From: Thainema sp.
Lineage (GTDB): Bacteria; Cyanobacteriota; Cyanobacteriia; Phormidesmidales; Phormidesmidaceae
NCBI GenBank assembly: GCA_052168235.1
Contig: JBQLZK010000007.1
Coordinates: 64,001-128,000 of the forward strand
Length of the DNA: 64,000 bases
Direction of reading: 5' to 3'
Shown here piece by piece: positions 49,522-59,611 of this stretch. The position numbers and the translations under genes were made by a program. The notes under the pieces are model-generated. The model saw only the letters and a program-made list of their open reading frames with translations, ran no database searches and was not told where the DNA came from. The stretch's first letter is position 1; each line of letters begins with the position of its first letter.

Positions 49522-49867
49522 AGTTGTGGCTAAAAGTTAAAGGAAAAACGCTAAATGCATGATTAGCGACACATGTAATTTCCAAACACAGCCCAAGTAA
49601 ACGTGAAGACGAATGTTCTTTACCTAAACACGTCTTCTAATCGAGTTGCGATCGCGATTGGTTCGGATGGAACTTTGGCATCACATTAGATTATGTGGAG
49701 CGAAAAATCATCTTGTCCTGCCTCTGGAGGAGGAATTTGTGGGAACGGTGCATTAGGTCAGCTTAGACTGTGTAGAAAATTCGCGTAGGGGCGATGCATT
49801 TAAATCGCGGGTTTTGGTCAGAATCGAAACATATGCTTATAAAACCACGCTGCACAATCCACGTTCC

Positions 49868-50317
49868 TTAGTTTTGTGGTGGCACCTGGTTGAGCATCAT
49901 CCAATAAAAACCGACTTGGCGGGTTATATCTACAAATTGCTGAAAATCGAGCGGTTTGACAATGTAGCTGTTTACTCCCAGCTCATAGCAGGCACTGAGA
50001 TCTTGATTTTCCACTGAAGAAGTCATGACCACCACCACCAAATCCTGTGTACGGGGGTGGCTGCGAATCGTGCGTAGAACCTCGATTCCGTCAATTTTGG
50101 GTAATTTTAGATCCAGTAAAACCAGTCTGGGCAGAGGGCGGAGCGTACTATCGTCGGCTGAACCAAGCAAATAATTCACCGCTTGTTCACCATCCATGAC
50201 GATATCCAGCTGATTGACAAAGTGATAAGTCTCTAGAGCCAACTGAATCAGCTCAATGTCGTTTGGATCATCCTCAACTAACAAAATCGGGGTCGGCTCT
50301 ACATTCACCACGTTCAT
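49868..50317 (-). CDS. Single-domain response regulator (Rcp1-like)
   Basis: LLVEDD, LLDLKLP, MTSS and NSYIVKP motifs. Confidence 0.93.
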   Translation of the reverse strand: MNVVNVEPTPILLVEDDPNDIELIQLALETYHFVNQLDIVMDGEQAVNYLLGSADDSTLRPLPRLVLLDLKLPKIDGIEVLRTIRSHPRTQDLVVVVMTSSVENQDLSACYELGVNSYIVKPLDFQQFVDITRQVGFYWMMLNQVPPQN

Positions 50318-50397
50318 TCTTCATTGCACCACTGCCCAGATCGTAGTGGATGTAACCATGAACGACCTTTCATTCACGGACGGGTTCATCCAAACTT

Positions 50398-52977
50398 TTA
50401 AGAAATGTTATCAAGGGTAAAGTAGAATACCGTTTCTTGATGTGGCTCGCTTTCAGCCCAAATGATGCCGCCATGACGATGAATGATGCGCTGCACAATC
50501 GCTAGCCCAATACCTGTGCCTTCAAATTCAGTTTGAGCATGAAGGCGCTGAAACGCTCCAAACAGCTTATCCGCATATTTCATTTGAAAGCCAACGCCAT
50601 TATCTTTAACAAAAATTGCTCCGTCTGAGGCTTGACCAATTTCGATTTGGGGCTGTGCCTGCTGACGACTAAACTTGACGGCATTGCCGATTAAATTAAT
50701 TAGCACCTGTTGCAAAAGCGTTGCATCTCCCATGACAGTTGGTAGAGCGCCAATCACAAAGTTAACTGCATCTACAGTTTCCAAATTACCGTTCACGATT
50801 TCAATCACCTCATCAACTAGCTGTCGGAGCGGAACCGGAGCGTAAACAATGGGTTTCCGGCCAATGCGAGACAGGGTCAGTAGTCCGTCAATGAGCTGAG
50901 CCATTTTCTGACTGCTGTTTTCGATGACCTGCAAATAGTGAGCGACTTTGGCATCGTTTAGCACCTCTTGTCCCTGTAAACGCTGCTGTAGCGCATTGAC
51001 AAAGCCGTGAATATGGCGCAAAGGAGCTCGTAAATCGTGGGAGACAGAGTAGGAGAAGGATTCAAGTTCTTTGTTACTGGCTTCGAGTTGAGCCGTACGT
51101 CGCGTCAACTCAGCCGTCCGCTCGGCCACTAACCTCTCTAGGTCACGATTTTGCTGTTCCAAGGCTGCATTGAGCTGACGAATTTCTAACTCAGCCTGTT
51201 TGCGATCGCTAATATCTAGATTTGCTCCCACCAATCGAATTGAATTCCGCTCAGGTTCAGGCTGCATCAGAGCATAGGAAGCAATATAGCGGATGCTACC
51301 ATCCGGCAGCACGATGCGGAATTCCATCTGATAGTTCTGTTGGTTGTCTAGGGCCTGCTGAACGACCGAACGGGCTCTTGATAGATCATCCGGATGCAAT
51401 CGTGCTTCCCAAGCTGTCCAGACATTATTCAACTCTGAGCTTTGAATACCGTAGAGGGCACACATACGGTCATCCCAAACCAGGTAATCGGTCGCTGAGT
51501 CCCATTCCCAAATGCCGATATTGGCCGACTGGATGGCTAACTCTAGACGCTCCGTCAAACGGCGCAGTTTATCTTCCGCTTGTTTGCGCTCAGTAATATC
51601 TTGTGCCAGTCCTGCCCGTCGCGTAACGTTGCCGGATTCGTCAAAAATGGGAAAACCGCGATCGCGAATCCAGCGAATTTCACCACTCGGTTGCACAATC
51701 CGGTACTCAATTTCAAAGGGAGCCTGGGGATGACTCAAATTACTGACCACTCGTTGTCGATCATGCGGATGAATGGCATCAAGGAACGACTTTGGATCGG
51801 TATTGATGCTCTCAAGACTGCGTCCCCAAATCTGTTCGTAAGCCGGGCTGATGTAGAGAATGCGGTGAATGTCTACATCAGATAACCAAAAAACTTCTTG
51901 GACATTTTCTGCCAGCTGCCGAAAGCGAGCCTCACTTTCTTGCAGAGCAATTTCAGCTCGTTTGCGATCAGTGATGTCTTCAAGGGTCGCCACCACACCA
52001 TCGATCTGCCCAGATGCATCAAAGGACGGTGCTGCATTAACGGACAACAGCAAGAGCTGACCAACCGATGTCTGAATGCCGTGCTGAACATTGAAAACTG
52101 GCTGTTTCGTCTGCATCACTCGGACAAAGGGAAATTCCGATTCTGGCAGAGGAGAACCATCTAAACTTTGAATTTGCCAAACGGGTGCATTATAGGTGCG
52201 ACCAACGGCTTCATCTTTGGTCAGACCCAGAATCTGGGTGGCCCGATCATTGGCAAAGGTGATCTGCCCAGTTGGGTTCAGCACCACAATGCCGGCTGGA
52301 CTCATGGCCATAATGCGGCTGAGTAGGTTTCGTTCTTGACGGAGAGCTTCTGCGATTTGATCCTGTTCCGCTTCTCGTCGTTTCTGTTCGGTGATGTCTA
52401 ACCCAATTGACTGCAAATGAGTCAAATTGCCCTGTTCATCAAAAAAGGCTCGGTTAACCCAGTGCTGCCAGCCTCTACTCCCGTCAGCTTGCACGGTTGG
52501 ATGTTCGTATACGGCAAAGGGAGCATCAGGGCTGAGGGACATGTACTGTGCTTGGGTCGCTGGCCGTTCCTCCTCTGGCAAAAAATCTAGAAACTGATGC
52601 CCAATTAAATCCTCTGGTCGCTGATTAAAGTACTCACAATAGGTCGAATTAACGTAGGTTAAGGTGCTGTCGGGTAAGAATCGACAAATTAAGGCCGGCA
52701 TATCGTCTGCCAACTGCCGATAGTGCTCTTTACTCTGTTGGAGAGCCGCAATTTGTTGCCGCACATGGCTCTCCCAATTGGAACTGCGAGCTAGTGGATC
52801 AGGTTGGGTGCGATCGCAAATCTGGGGATCGCTCCGTTGAAGCGACCACCGTCCTATCCAGAAGCTTCCTAGCGTTAGCAGCAGGCCAACTACAAGCCAT
52901 TCCAGCCGTAACGGCAAGACACTTAATAAGTCATCGGCTGCACAAACGCTGGTGTAAACCCCGCTCCAAATGCTCAT
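50398..52977 (-). CDS. Multi-PAS sensor histidine kinase
   Basis: One TM helix, four PAS/PAC domains, FSYSVSHDLRAPL, NLIGNAVKF, DNGVGF and GTGIGL. Confidence 0.93.
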   Translation of the reverse strand: MSIWSGVYTSVCAADDLLSVLPLRLEWLVVGLLLTLGSFWIGRWSLQRSDPQICDRTQPDPLARSSNWESHVRQQIAALQQSKEHYRQLADDMPALICRFLPDSTLTYVNSTYCEYFNQRPEDLIGHQFLDFLPEEERPATQAQYMSLSPDAPFAVYEHPTVQADGSRGWQHWVNRAFFDEQGNLTHLQSIGLDITEQKRREAEQDQIAEALRQERNLLSRIMAMSPAGIVVLNPTGQITFANDRATQILGLTKDEAVGRTYNAPVWQIQSLDGSPLPESEFPFVRVMQTKQPVFNVQHGIQTSVGQLLLLSVNAAPSFDASGQIDGVVATLEDITDRKRAEIALQESEARFRQLAENVQEVFWLSDVDIHRILYISPAYEQIWGRSLESINTDPKSFLDAIHPHDRQRVVSNLSHPQAPFEIEYRIVQPSGEIRWIRDRGFPIFDESGNVTRRAGLAQDITERKQAEDKLRRLTERLELAIQSANIGIWEWDSATDYLVWDDRMCALYGIQSSELNNVWTAWEARLHPDDLSRARSVVQQALDNQQNYQMEFRIVLPDGSIRYIASYALMQPEPERNSIRLVGANLDISDRKQAELEIRQLNAALEQQNRDLERLVAERTAELTRRTAQLEASNKELESFSYSVSHDLRAPLRHIHGFVNALQQRLQGQEVLNDAKVAHYLQVIENSSQKMAQLIDGLLTLSRIGRKPIVYAPVPLRQLVDEVIEIVNGNLETVDAVNFVIGALPTVMGDATLLQQVLINLIGNAVKFSRQQAQPQIEIGQASDGAIFVKDNGVGFQMKYADKLFGAFQRLHAQTEFEGTGIGLAIVQRIIHRHGGIIWAESEPHQETVFYFTLDNIS

Positions 52978-53172
52978 AGTGTAAAACTGTTCATAGTGTG
53001 AACCGATGGTTGAACTTGAAGGGAAATCTCACATCTTGCCACCTCAACTCTTACCCTCAACCCAGAAACCACATTAACCGCCCCAAGATTTGCGGCAAGA
53101 TGCAAGATATGAAAATCAAAACATTCATGTAAGCTAAGGAAAGAAACGTTACAGAAAGCATTCTAAACCGCT

Positions 53173-53370
53173 ATGATTTTGCCAGGTTCTGCTGTTTGCG
53201 TCATTAATCCTGACGACACCTACTATCGATTTCAGGGGCAAGTGCAGCGCGTTGCAGATGGACATGCGGCTGTCTTGTTCGAAGGCGGCAACTGGGACAA
53301 GCTCGTTACTTTCCGACTGTCTGAACTTGAACTGGTCGATGCAACGGCTGGACGTAAAAAGAAAAAGTAA
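53173..53370 (+). CDS. ndhS: NDH-1 subunit S
   Basis: MILPG...[31 protein letters not shown]. Confidence 0.95.
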   Translation: MILPGSAVCVINPDDTYYRFQGQVQRVADGHAAVLFEGGNWDKLVTFRLSELELVDATAGRKKKK

Positions 53371-53386
53371 TTTTCGGTAACTGCCC

Positions 53387-54055
53387 ATGCGGCTTCCCCT
53401 GCCTCAGTTTGAGCGACAAGACCGACATCCCAATCACTTTGCAGAGGTGGTGGAAACCTCTACGGCTGAATTTTTGGCCCAGTGCCTTGAGCCAGAAGAT
53501 TTGGGATTTCCGGTGATGCCGCCCTTTGGCAGTTGGGTGCAGGCGGTGGATGAAGAGTCCGGCAACCAAATTTTTGCGGTTGTCTACTATGCCACCACCT
53601 CACCGATTGATTCTGTGCATCGGGCGCGGGCGCTGGGCATGTCCCTTGCGGAACTGCGAGAGCAGCAGCCGCAGATTTTTGCCATGCTGAAAACAGAGTT
53701 CCGGGCCGCGATTGTGGGATTTCGGCCAACAACCTCTGGTCGCAATGGTCAGCGCCGCATGAGCGATCTGATCTATCAGCATTTGCCGCCCCGTCCACCT
53801 CAGGTGCATCAAGCTGTGCATCGGTGCGATCGCACTGACGTGATTCAGTTCACCGAAGAACTCGATTTCCTGCGAATTTTGCTGCAAGTCCCCGGCGTGC
53901 CTGTCGATAGCCTGGTTGCCGCCACCATCCGAGAGGTATATCAGTTGCGGAAGGCCGAACGGGCTTGGCTGGTGCAAACGGGCCGCATGCTCAACCTGTT
54001 GTTAAAGGATGATTACGATCGGTTGCGGATGATTCTCAGCCAGATTCACCCTTGA
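53387..54055 (+). CDS. Stand-alone HAS-barrel domain protein
   Basis: AEVVETSTAEFLAQC, MPPFGSWV, EQQPQIF, AAIVGF, LPPRPPQVHQAV and LLKDDYDRL motifs. Confidence 0.75.
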   Translation: MRLPLPQFERQDRHPNHFAEVVETSTAEFLAQCLEPEDLGFPVMPPFGSWVQAVDEESGNQIFAVVYYATTSPIDSVHRARALGMSLAELREQQPQIFAMLKTEFRAAIVGFRPTTSGRNGQRRMSDLIYQHLPPRPPQVHQAVHRCDRTDVIQFTEELDFLRILLQVPGVPVDSLVAATIREVYQLRKAERAWLVQTGRMLNLLLKDDYDRLRMILSQIHP

Positions 54056-54216
54056 GTTACACCATTTAGATTTTGGGCAACATCTAGTTTGACGCTGTCA
54101 CAACGCTGTTACAGAGGTTGCGATCGCACGCGTTCGACTAAGGTTTGATTGCCGTTAATCATTAAGCGGCGCAAAATCTGAGGTGACAGTTAATTAACTT
54201 CAAGCGGGTGAGATGG

Positions 54217-54864
54217 ATGACTGACTTTCAACCCAATCCTAAACCGTCTGAATCGTCCGCCTCTGCTGAATCGTCCGTACCCAAAAGTAACAACGTGTGG
54301 AAGTGGGTGGCGATTGGCTGCGGTGGAGCTTTCCTCCTATTTGTGCTGCTGATTGCAGGCACGACGTTTTTTGCCTTCCGCCAGCTCAACTTTTCAATGG
54401 ATCCAGAAGAAGTCGAAGCCAAAGCCCGCACAGTCTTTGACTACGAAATTCCCGGTGGATCGCAGGGTTTACTAACCATGAATATGTTCGGCATCGAAAT
54501 GATTCAGGTCACGGATACCAATCAGCCGCCGGAGATTATGCTGATGGTCGGCACTCTGCCGCCCGCTTTTCAAACCGAACAAACGCAGGAGCAGTTCCTG
54601 GAAGGGTTCCAAGACAGCCTGTCTGATCAGCAGCAGTTTGAAACCCAGGATCAGCGGATTGAAGAACGCCAACTCTGTGGTGAAACGGTTTCCGTCCTCA
54701 TTCAAGAAGGCAGTGCATCAACTGGACAGTCGGCAGAACCTGCAACGACCTACTCTACCGTTGTCGCTTACGACGGAACAAGCCGCTTTGCCTGGTTACA
54801 AGCTAGTGGTGAGAATGCAAATGCACTGGCGGAGCAGGTGTTTACATCTCTCGAATGCCGCTAG
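54217..54864 (+). CDS. Hypothetical single-TM protein
   Basis: WKWVAIGCGG anchor followed by a soluble domain with a Cys pair. Confidence 0.7.
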   Translation: MTDFQPNPKPSESSASAESSVPKSNNVWKWVAIGCGGAFLLFVLLIAGTTFFAFRQLNFSMDPEEVEAKARTVFDYEIPGGSQGLLTMNMFGIEMIQVTDTNQPPEIMLMVGTLPPAFQTEQTQEQFLEGFQDSLSDQQQFETQDQRIEERQLCGETVSVLIQEGSASTGQSAEPATTYSTVVAYDGTSRFAWLQASGENANALAEQVFTSLECR

Positions 54865-54894
54865 TTCAGCTTAATTTTGGAACGCTGGCCAGTC

Positions 54895-55009
54895 ATAGCA
54901 GTCGTCACATCGGTTAGACCGTTGGAAAACTCTGATAACGTTCAAACGCTCAAGCGTTGGATTTCGTATTGGATTTCGTAACTGTCTCCATCAACGTGAC
55001 GATGGCTAT
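54895..55009. mobile_element. Degenerate MITE-like relic with ~29-bp imperfect TIRs
   Basis: Left end atagcagtcgtcacatcggttagaccgtt; reverse complement of right end atagccatcgtcacgttgatggagacagtt; TA at both termini. Confidence 0.4.
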
Positions 55010-55047
55010 CAATTCAACCTGATTGAACAGCACCCGCTAAAGCGTTG

Positions 55048-55707
55048 CTAATCAACGAGCGCGGGTTTAAGTTGCTCAAATAAATTAGCGACCTTTACCA
55101 GATCTTTATCGCCCGGAGAACGCTCGACGCCGCTAGATAAGTCAATGCCGCTGGGCGAGAGCTGACGCAAAGCCGCTTGGACATTATCAGGGCGCAAACC
55201 GCCTGCCAAAAACCAGGGGCGGCTGGGTCGAAACGTCTGGAGCGTTTGCCAATCCAGCGTTTTTCCCGTGCCACCAAACAGATGAGGATGATAAGCATCC
55301 AGCAGCAACGCATTAATCACGGGTTCATAAGCTGCGATCGCACTTAAATCTTCGCTGGAGCGAATCCGAAAGGCTTTAATCAGCTCAATATCGGGTAACG
55401 CTTGTCGAACTTGGGCGCAAACGTCCGGGGACTCATTTCCATGCAGCTGCACGCCATTGAGCCGTCCCAGGTTGACCGTCTGCTCAATCGTCGCCAGGTC
55501 AGCATTCACAAACACGCCAATTCGATCCACGGTGTAAGTTCCAGCCGCATTCAGCGGTAGGGCATCAACGATGGCCCCAATTTGCTCTGGTGTCACAAAG
55601 CGGGGCGACTTTGTCGCACAGATAAACCCAAGTGCAGTTGCTCCCAACTGTGCGATCTCAACTCCCTGATCCGGCTGAGTAATCCCGCAGATTTTAATTC
55701 GTAACAT
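55048..55707 (-). CDS. trpF: Phosphoribosylanthranilate isomerase
   Basis: IKICGIT, VQLHGNE, GGTGK, LAGGL and DLSSGVE motifs. Confidence 0.96.
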   Translation of the reverse strand: MLRIKICGITQPDQGVEIAQLGATALGFICATKSPRFVTPEQIGAIVDALPLNAAGTYTVDRIGVFVNADLATIEQTVNLGRLNGVQLHGNESPDVCAQVRQALPDIELIKAFRIRSSEDLSAIAAYEPVINALLLDAYHPHLFGGTGKTLDWQTLQTFRPSRPWFLAGGLRPDNVQAALRQLSPSGIDLSSGVERSPGDKDLVKVANLFEQLKPALVD

Positions 55708-55829
55708 ACATCCAATTGGCGATTAAGAACCCTAACGAATATTGAGCTGTGTGAACTCTGTTAAATAAATCATAGATTTGTGTGCCCGCTTTTTTATAAT
55801 TCGGGTGACTTGTCTGGAGAATAAACCTC

Positions 55830-56093
55830 ATGGATTTTGCACTACTTGCCGCTGTTGCCCAAACCACAGAATGGTCATGGAAAGTGGCTGCGGTCATGAT
55901 CACCTGCAACGTATTTGCCATTGTGATTGGCTATTACGCAATTCAAAAACGCGGGGTTGGCCCATCCCTGCCCGTTGAACTTCCTGCTATTTTCACAGGT
56001 TTTGGCGTTCCCGAACTGCTTGCTACCGCTAGTTTTGGCCATCTGCTAGGCGCTGGCATGATTTTGGGCTTGTCCAATGCAGGTTTGCTCTAA
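55830..56093 (+). CDS. psaK: Photosystem I subunit PsaK
   Basis: WSWKVAAVMI...PELLATASFGHLLGAGMILGL and a GGAG RBS. Confidence 0.93.
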   Translation: MDFALLAAVAQTTEWSWKVAAVMITCNVFAIVIGYYAIQKRGVGPSLPVELPAIFTGFGVPELLATASFGHLLGAGMILGLSNAGLL

Positions 56094-56550
56094 CGTTAAC
56101 CGAGTTGACCTGTTGTCACGACATCCTAATTTACCGATCGCATCTGTTCATAAGAATTCCGGTTAACCAATAACACAAGACCCTCACCCCATTACTCTGG
56201 CAAAAAGCTCTGGGAAAGAAGTCGGGGGTGGGGGTCTCCAAAGCCCAAATCTGCGGTTATCCACACCCAGCCTTGCATTGAGAACTTCGATAAAATATAG
56301 ACATCTGGCGGGTTGAGTGGGATATGTCGAACCTGCAAATCAGAACCAGTTTTATTTTTTGTGGAAAGTTGGTGTAGCCGTTGCCATTGTGGTTGAGACA
56401 TTTACAAAATCCAGCGTTTAAACGTGAACGTTGGAGCATTTTCAGAGTTTTCCAACGGTCTAACCAAGATGGCTACTATATACGAGCTTTTCACAAAAAA
56501 TAAATCATCGGTAATCCCCGCCCCATTCATCGGATTTAAGGACAGTCTCT

Positions 56551-57771
56551 ATGCAATCTGGATGGCGAATAGGCTCCCTCTTTGGCATTCCATTTTATAT
56601 CGATCCCTCTTGGCTGATCGTGGTCACGCTAGTGGCGTTTGCCTACGGTAGTGACTGGCAGTCACCTGCTGTTTTAAGCGAAATGAACTGGAGTAGCGGT
56701 ATTGCCTGGTTGGCAGGCTTGCTGACGGCTTTGTTGCTGTTTGGCTCGGTGCTGCTGCATGAACTGGGTCACAGCTTAGTGGCGCGATCGCAGGGCATCA
56801 ACGTCAATTCCATTACCCTCTTCCTGTTTGGTGGCATTGCCGCCATTGACCGCGAATCGAAAACGCCGGGTCAAGCTTTTCAAGTTGCGATCGCAGGCCC
56901 AACCGTTAGCTTCATCCTGTTTGCGCTGCTAGCTGCCGTCAGCGTGCTCACAATTACTCCCCCCAGCGTGCGGCTAATTGCCAGCAGCGTTGCTCAAATC
57001 AATCTCGTCTTAGGCCTATTCAACCTCATTCCTGGTCTGCCCTTAGACGGTGGCCAAATTCTCAAATCTCTGGTCTGGAAGATCACCAATGATCGATTTG
57101 CGGGTGTGCGATGGGCTGCTCGTACCGGATTGATTCTAGGCTGGATAGCCGTTGCCATTGGCGTTTCTAACTTCTTCATCTCCGGCAATATTTCCATGCT
57201 GTGGATTGCCTTTATCGGCGGCTTCTGTATCCGGAACGCCAGCGCCTACAGCCGTATGACCGATTTACAAGAAGCGCTGTCAGGCTTAACATCTGCCGAT
57301 GCCATGATGCGCGATTTTCGCGTCGTTGATGCTGACCTGACGCTACGAGAGTTTGCCGACCAGTACGTGCTGATGGCTGACTCCCGACCTCCCATGTACT
57401 TTGCAGCATCCAACGGTCGCTACCGTGGAGCTATATCGGTTGATGATTTGCGGTCTATCGAGCGGAGTCAATGGGACGTTTTGCGAGTTGCCGACATTGC
57501 CCACTCTTTGACCGAAATCCCATCCGCGCGCGAATCGGCTCCCATTACTGAAGTGATCAATCGGCTGGATGAAGAGCAGCTCCAGCGCCTGACGATTCTC
57601 ACACCTGCTGATGCCGTCGCCGGAACCATTGACCGGGGTGATATTGTTCGAGCATTGGCTCAGAAAATCAATCTCAAAGTTCCAGAAGAACTGATTCAGC
57701 GCATCAAAGAAGAAGGTGCTTACCCACCTGGCCTGAAGCTGTCTGCTCTATCAAAATCAATGGCAGATTAA
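56551..57771 (+). CDS. Site-2 protease (M50) with CBS domains
   Basis: HELGH, AIAGP and FNLIPGLPLDGG motifs. Confidence 0.93.
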   Translation: MQSGWRIGSLFGIPFYIDPSWLIVVTLVAFAYGSDWQSPAVLSEMNWSSGIAWLAGLLTALLLFGSVLLHELGHSLVARSQGINVNSITLFLFGGIAAIDRESKTPGQAFQVAIAGPTVSFILFALLAAVSVLTITPPSVRLIASSVAQINLVLGLFNLIPGLPLDGGQILKSLVWKITNDRFAGVRWAARTGLILGWIAVAIGVSNFFISGNISMLWIAFIGGFCIRNASAYSRMTDLQEALSGLTSADAMMRDFRVVDADLTLREFADQYVLMADSRPPMYFAASNGRYRGAISVDDLRSIERSQWDVLRVADIAHSLTEIPSARESAPITEVINRLDEEQLQRLTILTPADAVAGTIDRGDIVRALAQKINLKVPEELIQRIKEEGAYPPGLKLSALSKSMAD

Positions 57772-57789
57772 GTTTAGTGTGAACATTAA

Positions 57790-57832
57790 CCAAACAAAGG
57801 GGGCCGCGCGATGCGCGGCCCCCTTTGTTTGG
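57790..57832. terminator. 20-bp perfect hairpin between convergent genes
   Basis: ccaaacaaagggggccgcgc-gat-gcgcggccccctttgtttgg. Confidence 0.8.
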
Positions 57833-57852
57833 AATGGCTAATTTATCCCCAG

Positions 57853-59490
57853 TTAAACTCGTGCTTTTGCGACTTCCGGATCAACGGCTTGGCGCTGAGG
57901 ATGGAGCGACTTGACCTGCTGAAGCGCGGCATAGAGCCGATTCAGTGCGTTCAAATAGGCATGGGTTGACGCCACAATAATATCGGTATTGGCGGCATGA
58001 CCGGAGTAGACGCGATCCTCATGGCGTAATCGAATTGTCACCTCACCGATCGCATCGATGCCTGCTGTGACAGACTGAACCGAAAACTCAATCAGCTCAT
58101 TCGGAATGTCTACGACGCGGTTGATTGCCTTATAAACCGCATCCACTGGCCCAGTCCCAATGGCTGCATCCGTCAGCTCATCGCCCTCTGGAGTACGCAG
58201 CGTAACAGTAGCCGTGGGCCGCGCGTGGTCACCGCAGGATACCTGCACCAGTTCCAACCGGAAATGCTCAGGGGCCTGCTGCGTTTCATCGTTGATAATC
58301 GCTTCCAAATCGCGATCGCTAATGTCTTTCTTTTTGTCAGCCAGTTCCTTAAAGCGAATAAACGCTTTATTCAACGCCTGCTCATCCATTTCAAACCCCA
58401 GATCCCGCAGGCGAGTGCGGAAGGCATTGCGACCGGAGTGCTTACCCAAGACAATTTGATTGGTGTTCACCCCAATCGACTGGGCATCCATGATCTCATA
58501 GGTCAGCTTGTGTTTTAGCACACCGTCCTGGTGGATACCGGACTCATGGGCAAAGGCATTGGTGCCAACGATGGCCTTGTTGGGCTGTACCAGCATACCT
58601 GTCAGGTTAGAAACCAGGCGCGAGGTCTTGTAGATCTCCTGCGTGTTGATGCGAGTGAGCGGTTCCTCCGACTCCGGTGGACGACCGAGACAAGGATTGT
58701 AAAACTGCCGCCGAACGTGTAGCGCCATCACCAGTTCTTCCAGCGCTGCGTTGCCTGCTCGTTCGCCGATGCCGTTAATTGTGCATTCGAGCTGCCGCGC
58801 CCCATTCTTCACCGCTTCCAGAAAGTTGGCAACGGCCAAGCCCAAGTCATTGTGGCCATGTACTGAAATAATGGCCTGATCAATATTGGGCACGTTTTCC
58901 TTAATGCCGCGAATCAGGCCACCAAATTCACTGGGTGTCGTATAACCAACGGTATCGGGAATATTAATCGTCGTCGCTCCAGCTGCGATCGCACGTTCCA
59001 GCACTTCATACAGAAATTCCGGATCAGAGCGCGCTGCATCCTCCGGTGAGAACTCCACGTCATTCGTAAACGACTTGGCAAAGGCAACCATCTCTTCTGC
59101 GATCTCAAGTACCTCTGGTCGAGTTTTACGCAGCTTGTATTCCAGGTGAATATCAGATGTGGCAATAAAGGTATGAATACGCCAGTGGGCTGCTGGTTTG
59201 AGGGCATTGGCCGCTGCTTCAATATCCTGGCGAGTGGCTCGTGCCAAACCACAGATTGTGGGGCCATCTTCTGTCCCCACCTGCTCGGCAATCCGCTGAA
59301 CCGCTTCAAAATCCCCCGGACTAGCAAAGGGAAAACCCGCTTCAATGATGTCTACACCCAGCCGAGCCAGTTGACGCGCAATGGTTAGCTTCTCTTCAAC
59401 ATTAAGCGTTGCTCCCGGAGACTGTTCACCATCTCGCAGGGTGGTATCAAAGATCAGAATGCGCTCTGGACTTTGGGATGATGTAGTCAT
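57853..59490 (-). CDS. leuA: 2-isopropylmalate synthase
   Basis: [22 protein letters not shown] and HESGIHQDG motifs, plus the C-terminal regulatory domain. Confidence 0.97.
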   Translation of the reverse strand: MTTSSQSPERILIFDTTLRDGEQSPGATLNVEEKLTIARQLARLGVDIIEAGFPFASPGDFEAVQRIAEQVGTEDGPTICGLARATRQDIEAAANALKPAAHWRIHTFIATSDIHLEYKLRKTRPEVLEIAEEMVAFAKSFTNDVEFSPEDAARSDPEFLYEVLERAIAAGATTINIPDTVGYTTPSEFGGLIRGIKENVPNIDQAIISVHGHNDLGLAVANFLEAVKNGARQLECTINGIGERAGNAALEELVMALHVRRQFYNPCLGRPPESEEPLTRINTQEIYKTSRLVSNLTGMLVQPNKAIVGTNAFAHESGIHQDGVLKHKLTYEIMDAQSIGVNTNQIVLGKHSGRNAFRTRLRDLGFEMDEQALNKAFIRFKELADKKKDISDRDLEAIINDETQQAPEHFRLELVQVSCGDHARPTATVTLRTPEGDELTDAAIGTGPVDAVYKAINRVVDIPNELIEFSVQSVTAGIDAIGEVTIRLRHEDRVYSGHAANTDIIVASTHAYLNALNRLYAALQQVKSLHPQRQAVDPEVAKARV

Positions 59491-59611
59491 AGCAAACCAG
59501 CACTAACTCAGAATGATTTTGGATAACAGATCCATTCTAATGTGCAGACTTCGATTGATATCAACCGAGATCAACGGTTTATGTGGTTTATGTTGTGTTT
59601 TGTAGACGATC

